Assembly (NCBI RefSeq): GCF_006345805.1
Contig: NC_043007.1
Coordinates: 68,014,001 to 68,078,000 of the forward strand
DNA: 64,000 nt
Direction: 5' to 3'
Source: Octopus sinensis
Taxonomy: Eukaryota
Positions 52,518 through 64,000 of the stretch are shown piece after piece (within the stretch, counting starts at the first letter, position 1; every line of letters begins with the position of its first letter). A model generated the notes under the pieces. That model was given only the letters and a program-made list of their open reading frames with translations, searched no databases and had not been told where the DNA came from. The position numbers and the translations under genes are program-made.

Positions 52518-54119
52518 AATAATAATAATAATGATAATAATAATAATAATGATAATAATAATAATAATAATAGTTGCCCAAGCTGCCGCTGCGCTGTGGA
52601 AGCGAACCTAAAATCCTATGGTTACAAAGCAGACTTACTACCCACACAGCTACATATACGCCTATTCTTAGGTAATATTTGAGTTGTGGATTAGTATAAT
52701 TATTAGAGCGACAGATAAGATGCTTCTCGGTAATTTCCACGGCTTTTTATGTTTTGAGTTTAAATCCCGCCCATATCAACTTTTGCTATCGTCCTTTCAG
52801 GGTCAGTAAAATAAAGTACCATTTTAGTACTCTAATTGACCTGTCCTTTCCTATAAACTTTCTTACTTCGTACCTGTGTTGGAAACAATTAATGCTTCCA
52901 ATGTTTGAAGTTTTGAGTCGCGCAGCCGTACTGGCACCTATTTACGGCCTGTTGGACTGGAACTGTGACAATTAGGTGTCTATTTTAATCTTTTACTCAG
53001 GAAGGAATGCAGTATGTGTGGCCGTTCACAGGGCCTTTGAGCGACGAATGAGAGGGATGGAAGAAGTTATCTCCAAACTAGTGACTTGATCTGAATGCTC
53101 GCAACAGAGTGGACTCCATAAAACGTACCCACAGTGCCAGGTGGTAATGTTAGACTGGGTGACGGATTAAGTATATAGCCTAAATAAGACTCGATGGATT
53201 TTGAACTCAGAACGCAAATATCTGAAATACCACAAAGTGTCCGATTCGACGTTTTTGTTGTTCCTTGAATTTAATACTTTGCTGTGGTATATTTTATCGA
53301 CTCCCCAACAGATGAAAGACAAAGTTTTCCTCGACGGAATTAGATCTGTGATCAGAGTGTCAGAACAAAAGAATGGATATCAATTCACCGCCTTGACAGT
53401 GGTTACTGCACCAAACCAATGTCAAAGTATCAACAGTTGTTTCATGAACACAGACACTCTAACAGACAACATTACTACATAAATATCTATAGTTTTATGG
53501 AACGTCACAAACGTTAAAATGTTTTTGATATATGCAGCTATAAAACCAAGAAAAACCGTTCAACATACAACAATAATAAATAAAATAATCTAGTTTCTAA
53601 TCCAATAACAAGAGTCAAAATAAAGTTGTCAGTACCAACGATCTGATTTATGGGGCCATTGATAATGTTGTGACAGGCAGGTCTTTTAAACATGCGATGT
53701 GTTGATAATATCTGAATATTTCTTATCACGTTTTTAAAATTAAAAGATTTAAACCTCTTATGTTCAACGAATTTAGCTGATATAAAATTCAGTTTATATT
53801 TAACACGGACTGGTATCTGACGCACAGGAAATCGATACGGTTTTTTATCTAACAGTTGATAGCAAAAAAAAAAAAAGAAGAAGAAAGAATAAATTTATAT
53901 TTTGGTAAATATAGTCAGAAACTTTGATAACGTAATTCTTAGGCAAGTTCTGTGGTTGATATTTTTGTATTGAAAGTGAGACAATTGTATGGTGCTAGAA
54001 TGATGAGATATATTAGTCATTGCAACTTTATTACAAATAAAATGTTTTAAATTTTTTTTGTTCCGTTCTCTGCGCACTGAGTTAAAATACTTCCAATGTC
54101 GGTGGACTTATCCTCTTTT

Positions 54120-54538
54120 ATGCTTTTACTTGTTTCAGCCATTTGACTGCGGCCATGCCGGAGCACCGCCTTTAGTCGAACAAATCGGCTTTTGGACTTA
54201 TTCCTTGTAAGCCTAGTACTTATTCTATCGGTCTCTTTTGCCGAAACGCTTAGTTACGAGGACGTAAACATACCAGCATCGGTTGTCAGGCGATGATTGG
54301 GGGACAAATACAGACACACAAGTACACACACACACTTCACACATACACTCACACATATATATATATACAGATATATATATATATACGACGGGCGCTTTTC
54401 AGTTTCCGTCAACCAAATCCACTCAGAAGCCCCGTGGCTATAGTAGAAGACACTTGCCCAAGGTGCCACGCAGTGAATCTAAACCCGGAACTCTGTGGTT
54501 GGGAAGTAAGCTTCTTACCACACAGCCACTCCTGTGCC
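54120..54538 (-). mobile_element. SINE family A, full length, older
   Basis: Matches 57125-57536 with more substitutions. Confidence 0.85.
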
Positions 54539-57124
54539 GTTTTATCTTCTTTTAATCGATGCGTAAAATACCATTAGCATACTAAGGTCGATTCTTGTCT
54601 CTCTCTCATTTTCTTTCTCTCATCACATGGTTAAAATAAGGAAGAGTAGGGACACTTTTACTCAGTATTTCTGCGTTGACGTTGACTTAGCGTGGGGAGG
54701 ATAACATCAGGACCATTTCCGGTTACATATATATACACATCGATACAAAAGCGTCATTATATATAATAATTGTATCAAATTTAGGTTCCAGACCAGCAAT
54801 TTTTAAGGGAGAGGTTTAGTCAATAACATCAACCTAACGCTCAATTGGTACTTATTTTGACGAACTCGAAAGAATGAAACGCAAAATCGACCACGGTGGA
54901 ATTTGAACTCTGAACATAAAGCGCTGGGAGAAATGCTGCTAAGCATTTTGTCCGATATTCTAACGTTTCTGCCATTCTGTCGGTCTACATAATAACATGA
55001 GGTTAATCCAATTAATTACACTTCCACCCACTCAACAATTAGCATTTTGCCTTAGAAAATGAAGACCATTTTACATTTACCGATTTAGTATATTACTATA
55101 AAAGCCCTATAAGCTCACTGCAAATGGAATAAACACAAATAAATTGTATAGCAACAATGTATCGACAAATTGTTTTTACTAACACGCATTATGCACAGTA
55201 TAGGTTAAATCTGAAAGTAATACAATTTCACCTTAATAATAAATGGGAGCGATATACGACAAATTATAAATAACAAAAGACTATTAGCAATATCCGTGTA
55301 TAATAAGTAAGGACGTCATTCAACCTCTTTTTAAACACATTTTGTCGATGTTTCGTAAAAATGGCGCACAAATCAATTTCCTATTCCATTCCACACAGAA
55401 AAAAAAAGGAAAGAAAACAAATGAACGAACAAGCACATATCATTATTTTCACGGTAGAAACAAATAAATAAATAAATACAAATGTTATAATAGAACAAAT
55501 AGACAATGAAACAAAACAAAACGAAATGTAAATTATCTATTTCCTTCCAGAATTATTTTGAAAGAATAATTGCAAATAAAACATTTTTCGACGACCTGCC
55601 AATTGTTTGTCAATCTTTTTATACACCTACGTACAATACAAAATAAATCTCCACCTAACCCATCCAGTTGTATATTCTTTATGGGTTTGCTCGTGTATGG
55701 AATAGTGGTGGTTCATGTACGTGCGTGTGCGTGCGTGGTGTGTGTGCATTTTCGTGCGCTTTAATAGCAAATACGTTTGTCTAGAATAGACAAAGACGTA
55801 CAACTCACATCCTCCCCATTTCTTAGTTCATTTTATAAATTCCAATATGGCCGTCGTATTTGTAAACTCTTGGTTTGACAAAAATAAACACCTTTTGGGA
55901 CTTCATTGATCTGAAATATTGAGGGAATTGATAGATAATATATTCTGAGAGACTGAGATATAGTATTTCTTTTGTAGTTACATCGAACGTAAATCAGGAA
56001 TCATTGTCATCTATGAATGCTCACAACCATTTTCTTCCTTTTATTTCAATTCTTTCCATTGGTCCAAAGCGCCGAGTTTTTATTTTGATTAACTGTTAAA
56101 ACATAATTCAAGGTTTTATTTATAATTTCTCTTCTATCATACACAATAATGTAGCTGATTAAATATGAAGATACATGGTGTAGTTGTAAGCTCTGAACAA
56201 CGTGGGTTCTCGACACAGGTTTTCGGCTCGCAATCGGAGCCTTTAATTTCATTTCTATTTAGCTTCTTATCTCTTTCCTCGTATAAAGTTTTATATTTCA
56301 TGAAGTGCACGAATACTAAAATCTAAACAATAACGTACTTACATATCTGTTCCTTTTCAATATATTCTGGCAGATTCGAACGTGAATAAATGATCACTGC
56401 GAGTGATCAGAACCAATTGAAAATGGATACGTTATTGTTTGAATTATCCCCGTTGTGCATCATCTTATGAATTATTATCTGCTTAGTAGGCATTAGTTCG
56501 CATCAGAAAATAATTTATCTGTTGATTTTTATAACCGAGAGCATGTGCACTACGCAGATGCATCGTCCAGGGTATTTTTGATTGAGGAGACACACAATAA
56601 TGTCGAAGCACCACGGTGTCTCCAAGTTTCCTTATACGGGTAAATCGTGTGTGTTATGTACACACATTGTCTAAATGGAGATGTCTCCACATGAGGAAAA
56701 ATTACAATATCAGCATTTTCAGTTTGAATTTGCTAGAACGTATTGATAATGAATAGATACGCCATTGTCTGAAGTTTTAATTCTATGTTGTAAAACACTG
56801 TAGCTACAAAATGGAGGATATCTATCAAACTTCGGGAAGCGACAGAGAAAGCATGCCATATTTTACACGGCCATTGTTAAGTTAGACAGGCGACAATGGT
56901 GTCTTGATGGAGTTAATGTTTTAGTTCTTTTTGCTACGAGTATCATGGTTCGGGAAGGTTACATCAGGTTTTTGCTGTTGAAATGTTTATGAAGACTAAT
57001 AAATATGATTGTTTCCTGTCATACCTTGTATATGTATGCACTCTCTGAACTGGTTAATCAAATGTAGGAAAATCGGTCGTAGCGTTTTATGCTATTTAGT
57101 TAAAGCTATTTCTATTTCTATTCG

Positions 57125-57536
57125 GACTTTACTCTCTTTTATTTGTTTCAGTCATTTGACTGCGGCCATGCTGGAGCACCACCTTTAGTCGAGCAAATCG
57201 ACCCCGGGACTTATTCTTTGTAAGCCCAGTACTTATTCTATCGGTCTCTTTTTGCCGAACCGCTAAGTTACGGGGACATAAACACACCAGCATCGGTTGT
57301 CAAGCGATGGTGGGGGGAAAAACACAAACACACAAACATATCCACACACATAGATATATATATACATATATACGACAGGCTTCTTTCAGTTTCCGTCTAC
57401 CAAATCCACTCACAAGGCATTGGTCGGCCCGAGGCTATAGCAGAAGACACTTGCCCAAGATGCCACGCAGTGGGACTGAACCCGGAACCATGTGGTTCGT
57501 AAGCAAGCTACTTACCACACAGCCACTCCTGCGCCT
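57125..57536 (-). mobile_element. SINE family A, full length
   Basis: Minus strand AGGCGCAGGAGTGGCTGTGTGGTAAG head, internal microsatellite, A-rich tail. Confidence 0.9.
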
Positions 57537-58377
57537 TTATGAAAATATAATTGTGTACTCCAGAAATTCACATTATAACTACGCAATTCTGGTTTCGATC
57601 TCACCACGTGACTGTTCGTGTAGGAATCGTCTATCTTAGCTGTGAGTTGACCAAAGCATTTTGAGTGAAATTTTGTAGAAGGGTACTATGAGAGGGGCAG
57701 TTAGAACTGTTTCCGTTCTTTAGTGGCAGACTTAGTCCATCGTTCAGTTTAACACCAAATCCTGGCCCTTGGGGATGTTTATCAGAGTCTACTCTTTCTG
57801 AAGCCATTCAGAACAAGTCACCTATCTGAATATAACTTCTCTTTCCTCGAATTTTCCATAAAAGTTCTGAAAGTAGGTTTTAGCGCATAATTTGAGCAAC
57901 TTTAGCTACTATTTCCAGCGGTTCGAATGGCCTTGTGGAGATTCCCGCGCTTGTACGGGCTCCCCCGTTTGTGTTTGAAATCACAACAATAAAGGACGCT
58001 AAGACATTTGGTGTTGTACTCTATTGTGCTTGAAATCACATCAAAATGAGAACCTAACATTCAGTTTGGCACCCCATCATGCTTGCCTCTCATCCGTCTT
58101 TCAGTTATTTAATTTCCATATCTAACTCCGGCACAATTCTGAAGGACAAACAATTTCAACAACCTTAGTATTTAATTGGTTCTTAGGTGTATGTGATGGA
58201 GTGAGTAAGGCTAAAAAAAATAAAATCACTTCTCCAGGCTAAGTTTGAATTGCAACTAAATACTACAAAACATTTCGATTCGCCACTGTTTCTGCATCTT
58301 TCCATACCCTAACCAATTAATGTTAGAAATATTGAATTTCTAAATGTCTCAGAGAGACGTGAGCGGTGGTGGGGCGA

Positions 58378-58750
58378 TATAGTGGTTGTATACTGTCAAC
58401 TCAATGTAACAGTCCCGTAAAGAGAATCACACCACCGCTATTTAGCCCTAGGAAGCATCGACGCTTCCTGTCGGCTTTGACACATTTCCTGTGTCCTTAT
58501 ATTTGCAAAGGAGAGGCAAGCACACCTGCCAGCTAGGATTAGCACTTGAAGACATGCATGTTTCTGGGTCTTTTGTCTTCAGGTGCTAATCTTAGCTGGC
58601 GGGTGTGCTTGCCTCCCCTTTGCAAATATAAGGACACAGGAAATGTGTCAAAGCCGACAGGAAGCGTCGATGCTTCCTAGGGCTAAATAGCGGTGGTGTG
58701 ATTCCCTTTACGGGAATGTCACGTTGAGTTGACAGTATACAACCACTATA
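58378..58750. mobile_element. Fold-back MITE with 177-bp arms and 19-bp spacer
   Basis: 58378-58554 vs 58574-58750: 8 mismatches, no indels by eye. TA(TA) at both ends suggests the Tc1/mariner superfamily. Confidence 0.9.
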
Positions 58751-59284
58751 ACCAATTAATGGTTTCCGATTTAAGTATTATGCTTATAATTCTGAGGGCA
58801 AGGGCTTAATTGATGCCATTGATTCCAGTTCTTGACTTGTACATTATTTTATCTACTCCCTGTGGAAGAAGGGCCAAGTTGATCTCGACGAGACTTAAAC
58901 TCAAAATATAAAGCGCTTGAGGAAATACCTCAATGCATTTTCCCGACGCTCTGCTAGCCCATCGTTTAATAAGGAACTCTAGCTTTATTTCCTTCAATGT
59001 GACAAAGTTTGAATGAAGTGGCTGTAGTAATTTTACTCAATCCTTGAATATGACTGGTACTTATTATATCGGGTGTGGAGCAATGCAAGATAAAGCAAAG
59101 TAGATTCCTGTACTTCACTGTTTCTATCAATGTGACTTTTACTTTCTCCTTATAATGACAGCTATATCAATGATGGGGGAAGCAAAACAAGATGCACAAA
59201 AGCAAGACGAACGATCATACGAAGTACTAATCATACAGGAGATGGGATAAAACTACAAAAATCATTTTTATAAAAGTGGTTTAG

Positions 59285-59445
59285 GTAGAGGATGAAAGGC
59301 AGCAGATCCTCTCCTGGCTCTAAGAGACTGACAGGCGGATGGAAAGAAGTCGTCCTCAAACCAGAAATTTGATATGACTACGTACAAGGAAGTGGATCTC
59401 GTGGAAGGCACCCAGAGACCATATGATGCTGTTAAACTAAATATT
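59285..59445 (+). mobile_element. Decayed RTE-like LINE 3' fragment
   Basis: Residual VKGSR..W.EVVL...D.D.W-type layout; heavily degraded. Confidence 0.35.
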
Positions 59446-60475
59446 TAACTCAGTAACGTTTATCAATCAAGAACAGAAACGATGCCTTTGATGGATATAC
59501 ACTTTGATCCTGACGGCCAAATTTCACTCTCAAATCTTTGGTCTACCCGACGCTATGGTAGATGTGTTTGCCCAAATTAGCGCGCAGTAGAATCAAAATC
59601 GAACTATGAAGGCTGAAAAGTGAACTTCGTAGCAATGACTGCTCTGTATACAATGCCTGCTATGCCTTCCATGCTTGCTATGCCTTCCAGGTCTGAACCG
59701 TACAAACAACCAGCGGAAATGATTGAAAAATACTAACAAAACTATTGTATGTTGTATAATTTTGAAGAGAGAATGTAATCAATCAGTTCACTTGTTATGA
59801 ACAATTAGACATTGCTAATATCAATCAAGCAATCAGAATTCGAAGGGAATAAATTTATTTTGCTCTATTTATATTTTCAGTTCTCTTGCTTTCATTTTAT
59901 TTTTCACTAAGCATTGTCTCATTGAACAATAAACTATAAAAATGTGTGTGGCTTAAGCAATTTGTCGTGTTCTGAGAAGGCGGGTTCTTACAATTATTGA
60001 TTCTCATTGAAAATAATGATCAGGGTTTCATATAACACCAACAAGGACTCAAAACACACACGTGCGCAGGTGCATACACGCACAGAGGCACACACACATG
60101 CACACACACATGCACACACACGCATGCACACATACACACACTCTCTCTTTTTTCTCTCAAACATACACTCATACACTCTCTCCTTCTCTCACTCTCTCTT
60201 TCTCTCCTTCACACATACACACACGCACACACAGAGAGTATAGTCAAACGTAACTACAAATCATTGATGGAGCCTCTATTTTGCCGCTCGACTGCAAGAC
60301 ATAGTAACCGAATATTTTCCAAATCACACCTTTACATAATAAATAAAAGAATGATATATTGGGCAATACAACATTAACACGTAAAATCATACAGGATGGT
60401 CGTCAGGCTAGAGCGCTTTTGATGATGGGTCTCCTTTATCATCATCAATAACAGCCGAATATATATATATATATA

Positions 60476-60795
60476 TTGATAAAACGGTAAGATAACAAAA
60501 GAAAGAAAGAGACCTCAATATTATGTAAATAGAGGAAATTTATCTATACAATATGTTACATTACTCGGTAGTCAAGATAAAACTCTGAGTTTCAGATGCC
60601 GAAGTGGAAATCCACAACACCATCTCTTCGGTTATCTGGCTATTTGAAAACGTTATCAAATAACGTTTTCAAATAACGTTTTCAATAACGTTTTCAAATA
60701 GCCAGATAACCGAAGAGATGGTGTTGTGGATTTCCACTTCGGCATCTGAAACTCAGAGTTTTATCTTGACTACCGAGTAATGTAACATATTGTAT

Positions 60796-60800
<5 letters not shown>
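60476..60800. mobile_element. PLE-like end with a perfect 116-bp inverted duplication, inserted in (TA)n
   Basis: 60541-60656 is the exact reverse complement of 60685-60800. The spacer consists of tandem AAATAACGTTTTC copies. Hammerhead-like fold at 60704-60766, mirrored on the minus strand. Confidence 0.85.
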
Positions 60801-60831
<31 letters not shown>

Positions 60832-61265
60832 TCAGCAAAATTTAGATTCAGATGATATATATATCTACCCTCTTTGTAATGTTGGCAAATGAAATAAGTG
60901 TAAGAATGTGCATTGTCCGTTTAATTAAAAAATTCTATATGTGGCTGAAGATTGCTCGACATTTTAAAACTGATGTAATACTTACAGTGTTTAATAAAAT
61001 GAAGTAGCATGAAACAATTGTACTACACAACCTTGGATATCCTTGTTGCTTATTTTGATTGGTATATATATCTGTGATTCAAGAGCCTGGAGTTCAAATG
61101 CTAGAACACTGATGAAAATGGTTAATGGTTGACGTTTGTGCGTATGAGTAAAAATATATGCATAAATGCAAACACATACATAGATAAACGCGTGGGCGCA
61201 TACATACACACACTCACTCACACACACACACACACACACACACACAACACACACACACACACACA

Positions 61266-61296
<31 letters not shown>

Positions 61297-61469
61297 CACA
61301 AATCTTTAACTGTGAATCGGACAAGGTTAGGGTCAGATATATTAAATCTCAGACTTCTTGGTTATATACGCGTTATTATTAATAGCTTTATCTGCTTCGA
61401 GTTTAACCGTCCCCAAAAAGAGAAGAATTATTTAACGTGATCTCGAAGTTAATAAACGATAATCAAATT

Positions 61470-61565
61470 ACAACCACCACCACCGCCGCCGCCGCCGGCA
61501 GCAGCAGCAGTACCACCACCACCACCACCACCACCACCACCACCACCACCACCACCACCACCACC

Positions 61566-61597
<32 letters not shown>

Positions 61598-62415
61598 CAA
61601 CGACAACGACATCACCACCAAAATTTCTACCACTACCACTACCACCATCACCACCACCACTATCGCTGCTATAGCGACTACATTCACTATCACTGCCATG
61701 GCTACCATCACGGCGCTGACGAGCACCACCGAAACCATCATTAACACTACCAACCTTACTACAACCACCATTATCAACACCAATTCTGCAACCAGACTAC
61801 CACCACCACCACCACCTCTAGCATACCACTAACTCCGCCAGCATTATAGCCATCAGCATCTTCTCCATCACATGTCTCACAGCCTGTACCACCTCCACCA
61901 CCACTACAACCACCACCTGTGTCATTATTTTTGCCACAAACACCACCACGTCGATCACACTACTATCACCACCACTGCTAACATCATCATCGCTACAATC
62001 GCTACCACCTTTACCACCACCATCACTATCGCCACCACTACCGCCACCACTACCATTGTTATCACTCTACCACCACTGCCACCACAACCATCGCAAGCAT
62101 CTTCATCACTACACTCAACACCACTACCGCCACGACCACGACCACCACTGCCACCACAACCATCGCAAGCATCTTCATCATTACACTCAACACCACTACC
62201 ACCACCTCCACGACCACGACCACCACTACCACCGCTACTACAATCACATTCACATTACCCCCTATTATCACTATAACTACCGCAACCACCACCACCATTA
62301 CCAAAATCACCATCGCCATCACCGTAGTACCATCATCACTAACTCCACCACTACCACCACGTAAATTACCATCACTGAAATCCCTACCACTACCACCACC
62401 ACCACCACCACCACG
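61470..62415. repeat. (ACC)n/(CAC)n/(CAT)n low-complexity tract with an internal duplication of about 65 bp
   Basis: CCACTGCCACCACAACCATCGCAAGCATCTTCATCA occurs twice (near 62073 and 62145). Confidence 0.9.
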
Positions 62416-62587
62416 GCGTCCATGTTTCTCTTCAAACTGAATCCTGTTGGTGATCGCGAAAAGCAATTTATAATACGTTAGAACGACACAAATTGTCTTC
62501 CTTTATCTTCCTTATCTTGTAAATATATGTATCCACTTTAGGATAGCTGTTGTTGTTGTTGTTGTTGCCTTCTGTATTCCTTCGCAG

Positions 62588-62697
62588 GTGTTTCAATACA
62601 ACCAGATCTGATATGACTACTCTGCGCACACTCTCACACATACATCCAAGCATACGCACAGCTGCACGTACTCTGCTCGGCAATTACATAAATTAGG
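62588..62697 (+). CDS. Candidate short terminal exon of an unidentified host gene
   Basis: Strong acceptor CCTTCTGTATTCCTTCGCAG|G. One frame stays open to TAG: CFNTTRSDMTTLRTLSHIHPSIRTAARTLLGNYIN*. No homologue recognised. Confidence 0.25.
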
Positions 62698-62909
62698 TTT
62701 AGAAATATTGCAATGAAATAAAATACCAGAGAAAAAAAAGGAAAAACAAAACTAATAGGGAAGGTTTGCTAAACTAAAAACTTAAATTTTAGTTTGAATA
62801 TAATTTCACTTTCAAATGTTGACTTTAGTCAAAGATAAACTTGTTTTCCTTAGGCCCACGGTCTACTTGAATAGGTACTTCCAACATATGTGACTCCATT
62901 ATATAACTG

Positions 62910-63250
62910 GTAGTGGGGGAGAGCATCATAGCCATGTGTTGAGAGGAATTCTTTGGGGTTTGGATAATTCACCTCTGGAAACATGGGTGTTTCGTTCAAC
63001 ATCCTTAAAGAAACCTTATTCAGGGACCTTTTGAGCGGATGGGTTAATCGACCTGAAGAAAATTCTAACTTGGCCCCACCTGCAAGGTCATGCGCTGTTA
63101 ATGTTGATATGAGATCACCATGTTGTGCACATATGGTTGTGATGCATGTGCCTGGTGTATCCTTATCAGACGGGTAGTCATGATGGGTATACTGGGCTTC
63201 GTATATTTTATCCCAGTATCACTTTGATGGCATGCACTACTCTCTCACTC
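62910..63250 (+). mobile_element. 5'-truncated copy of the 557-bp (AAT)n-anchored element
   Basis: Aligns with 52179-52517; followed by about 500 bp of degenerate (AAT)n. Confidence 0.88.
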
Positions 63251-63373
63251 AATATAATAATTAATAATATAATAATAATAATAATAATAATATAATAATA
63301 ATATGATAATAATAATAATAATAATAATAATAAAATAATAAAATAATAATATAATAATAATAATAATAATGAT

Positions 63374-63405
<32 letters not shown>

Positions 63406-63437
63406 TAATAATAATAAAATAATATAATATAATGATA

Positions 63438-63485
<48 letters not shown>

Positions 63486-63719
63486 TAATAATAATAATAA
63501 TAATAATAATATATAATAATAATAAAATAATAATAATAATAAATAATAATAATAATAATAAATAATAATAATAATAATAATAATAAATAATAATGATAAT
63601 AATATAATAAATAATATAATAATAATAATATAATAATAAAATAATAATAATAATATAATGATATAATAAAATAAATAATATAATAATGATAAAATAATAA
63701 TAATAATAATAATAATAAT

Positions 63720-63757
<38 letters not shown>

Positions 63758-63780
63758 CAACAATAAAATAGTAATAATAT
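63251..63780. repeat. Long imperfect (AAT)n microsatellite
   Basis: Directly visible. Confidence 0.95.
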
Positions 63781-64000
63781 GAATTTATGTGGGTGTGTTT
63801 CTTCCGAGAAGAGTTCTGTGTTGCATATCAAAACCAATCTCCCTTCACGGTACGTCAACTTTATTTTACGAATTCATACAATTTCCTTTTTTTTTTTTTT
63901 TGCAATCGCAGACCATCACTAATCCCTTACAGGGAAAAGAGGAAAAGCAAAGTTAGCACCGGCAGGATTTGAACTTAGAAGGCAGAAAATCGGATCTAAT

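Noticed and set aside
53538-53825. 95-aa minus-strand ORF in unique DNA
   Set aside because: No recognisable domain or splice signals; the length is within chance expectation for this window.

Overview
AT-rich animal genomic DNA. The tRNA-derived SINE families, RTE-type tails and dense (TA)n/(CA)n/(CATA)n/(AAT)n microsatellites point to an Octopus-like coleoid cephalopod; this is inferred from repeat families, not from a marker gene. No complete host protein-coding gene is visible, and nearly all ORFs in the supplied track are microsatellite translations or transposon fragments. The window is a layered transposon graveyard containing: mariner, Tc1 and hAT (GTF2IRD2/SPIN-like) transposase fossils; non-autonomous Helitrons; two MITEs; RTE, CR1-like and R4/Dong-like LINE 3' ends; Penelope-like element (PLE) remnants; and many SINEs. 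Three patterns stand out. (1) Restriction-like-endonuclease (R4-like) LINEs sit in different microsatellites, one family in (AAT)n and another stacked in (CATA)n, and a 557-bp non-coding element is also anchored to (AAT)n. (2) About seven minimal hammerhead-ribozyme-like motifs lie at PLE-like ends, with recurring core variants; the best is at 3940-4017 (minus). (3) Several near-perfect fold-back inversions (16-177 bp arms) would form long dsRNA if transcribed. Two short candidate host exons are reported at low confidence. Coordinates of degenerate repeats are approximate, and all alignments were done by eye.
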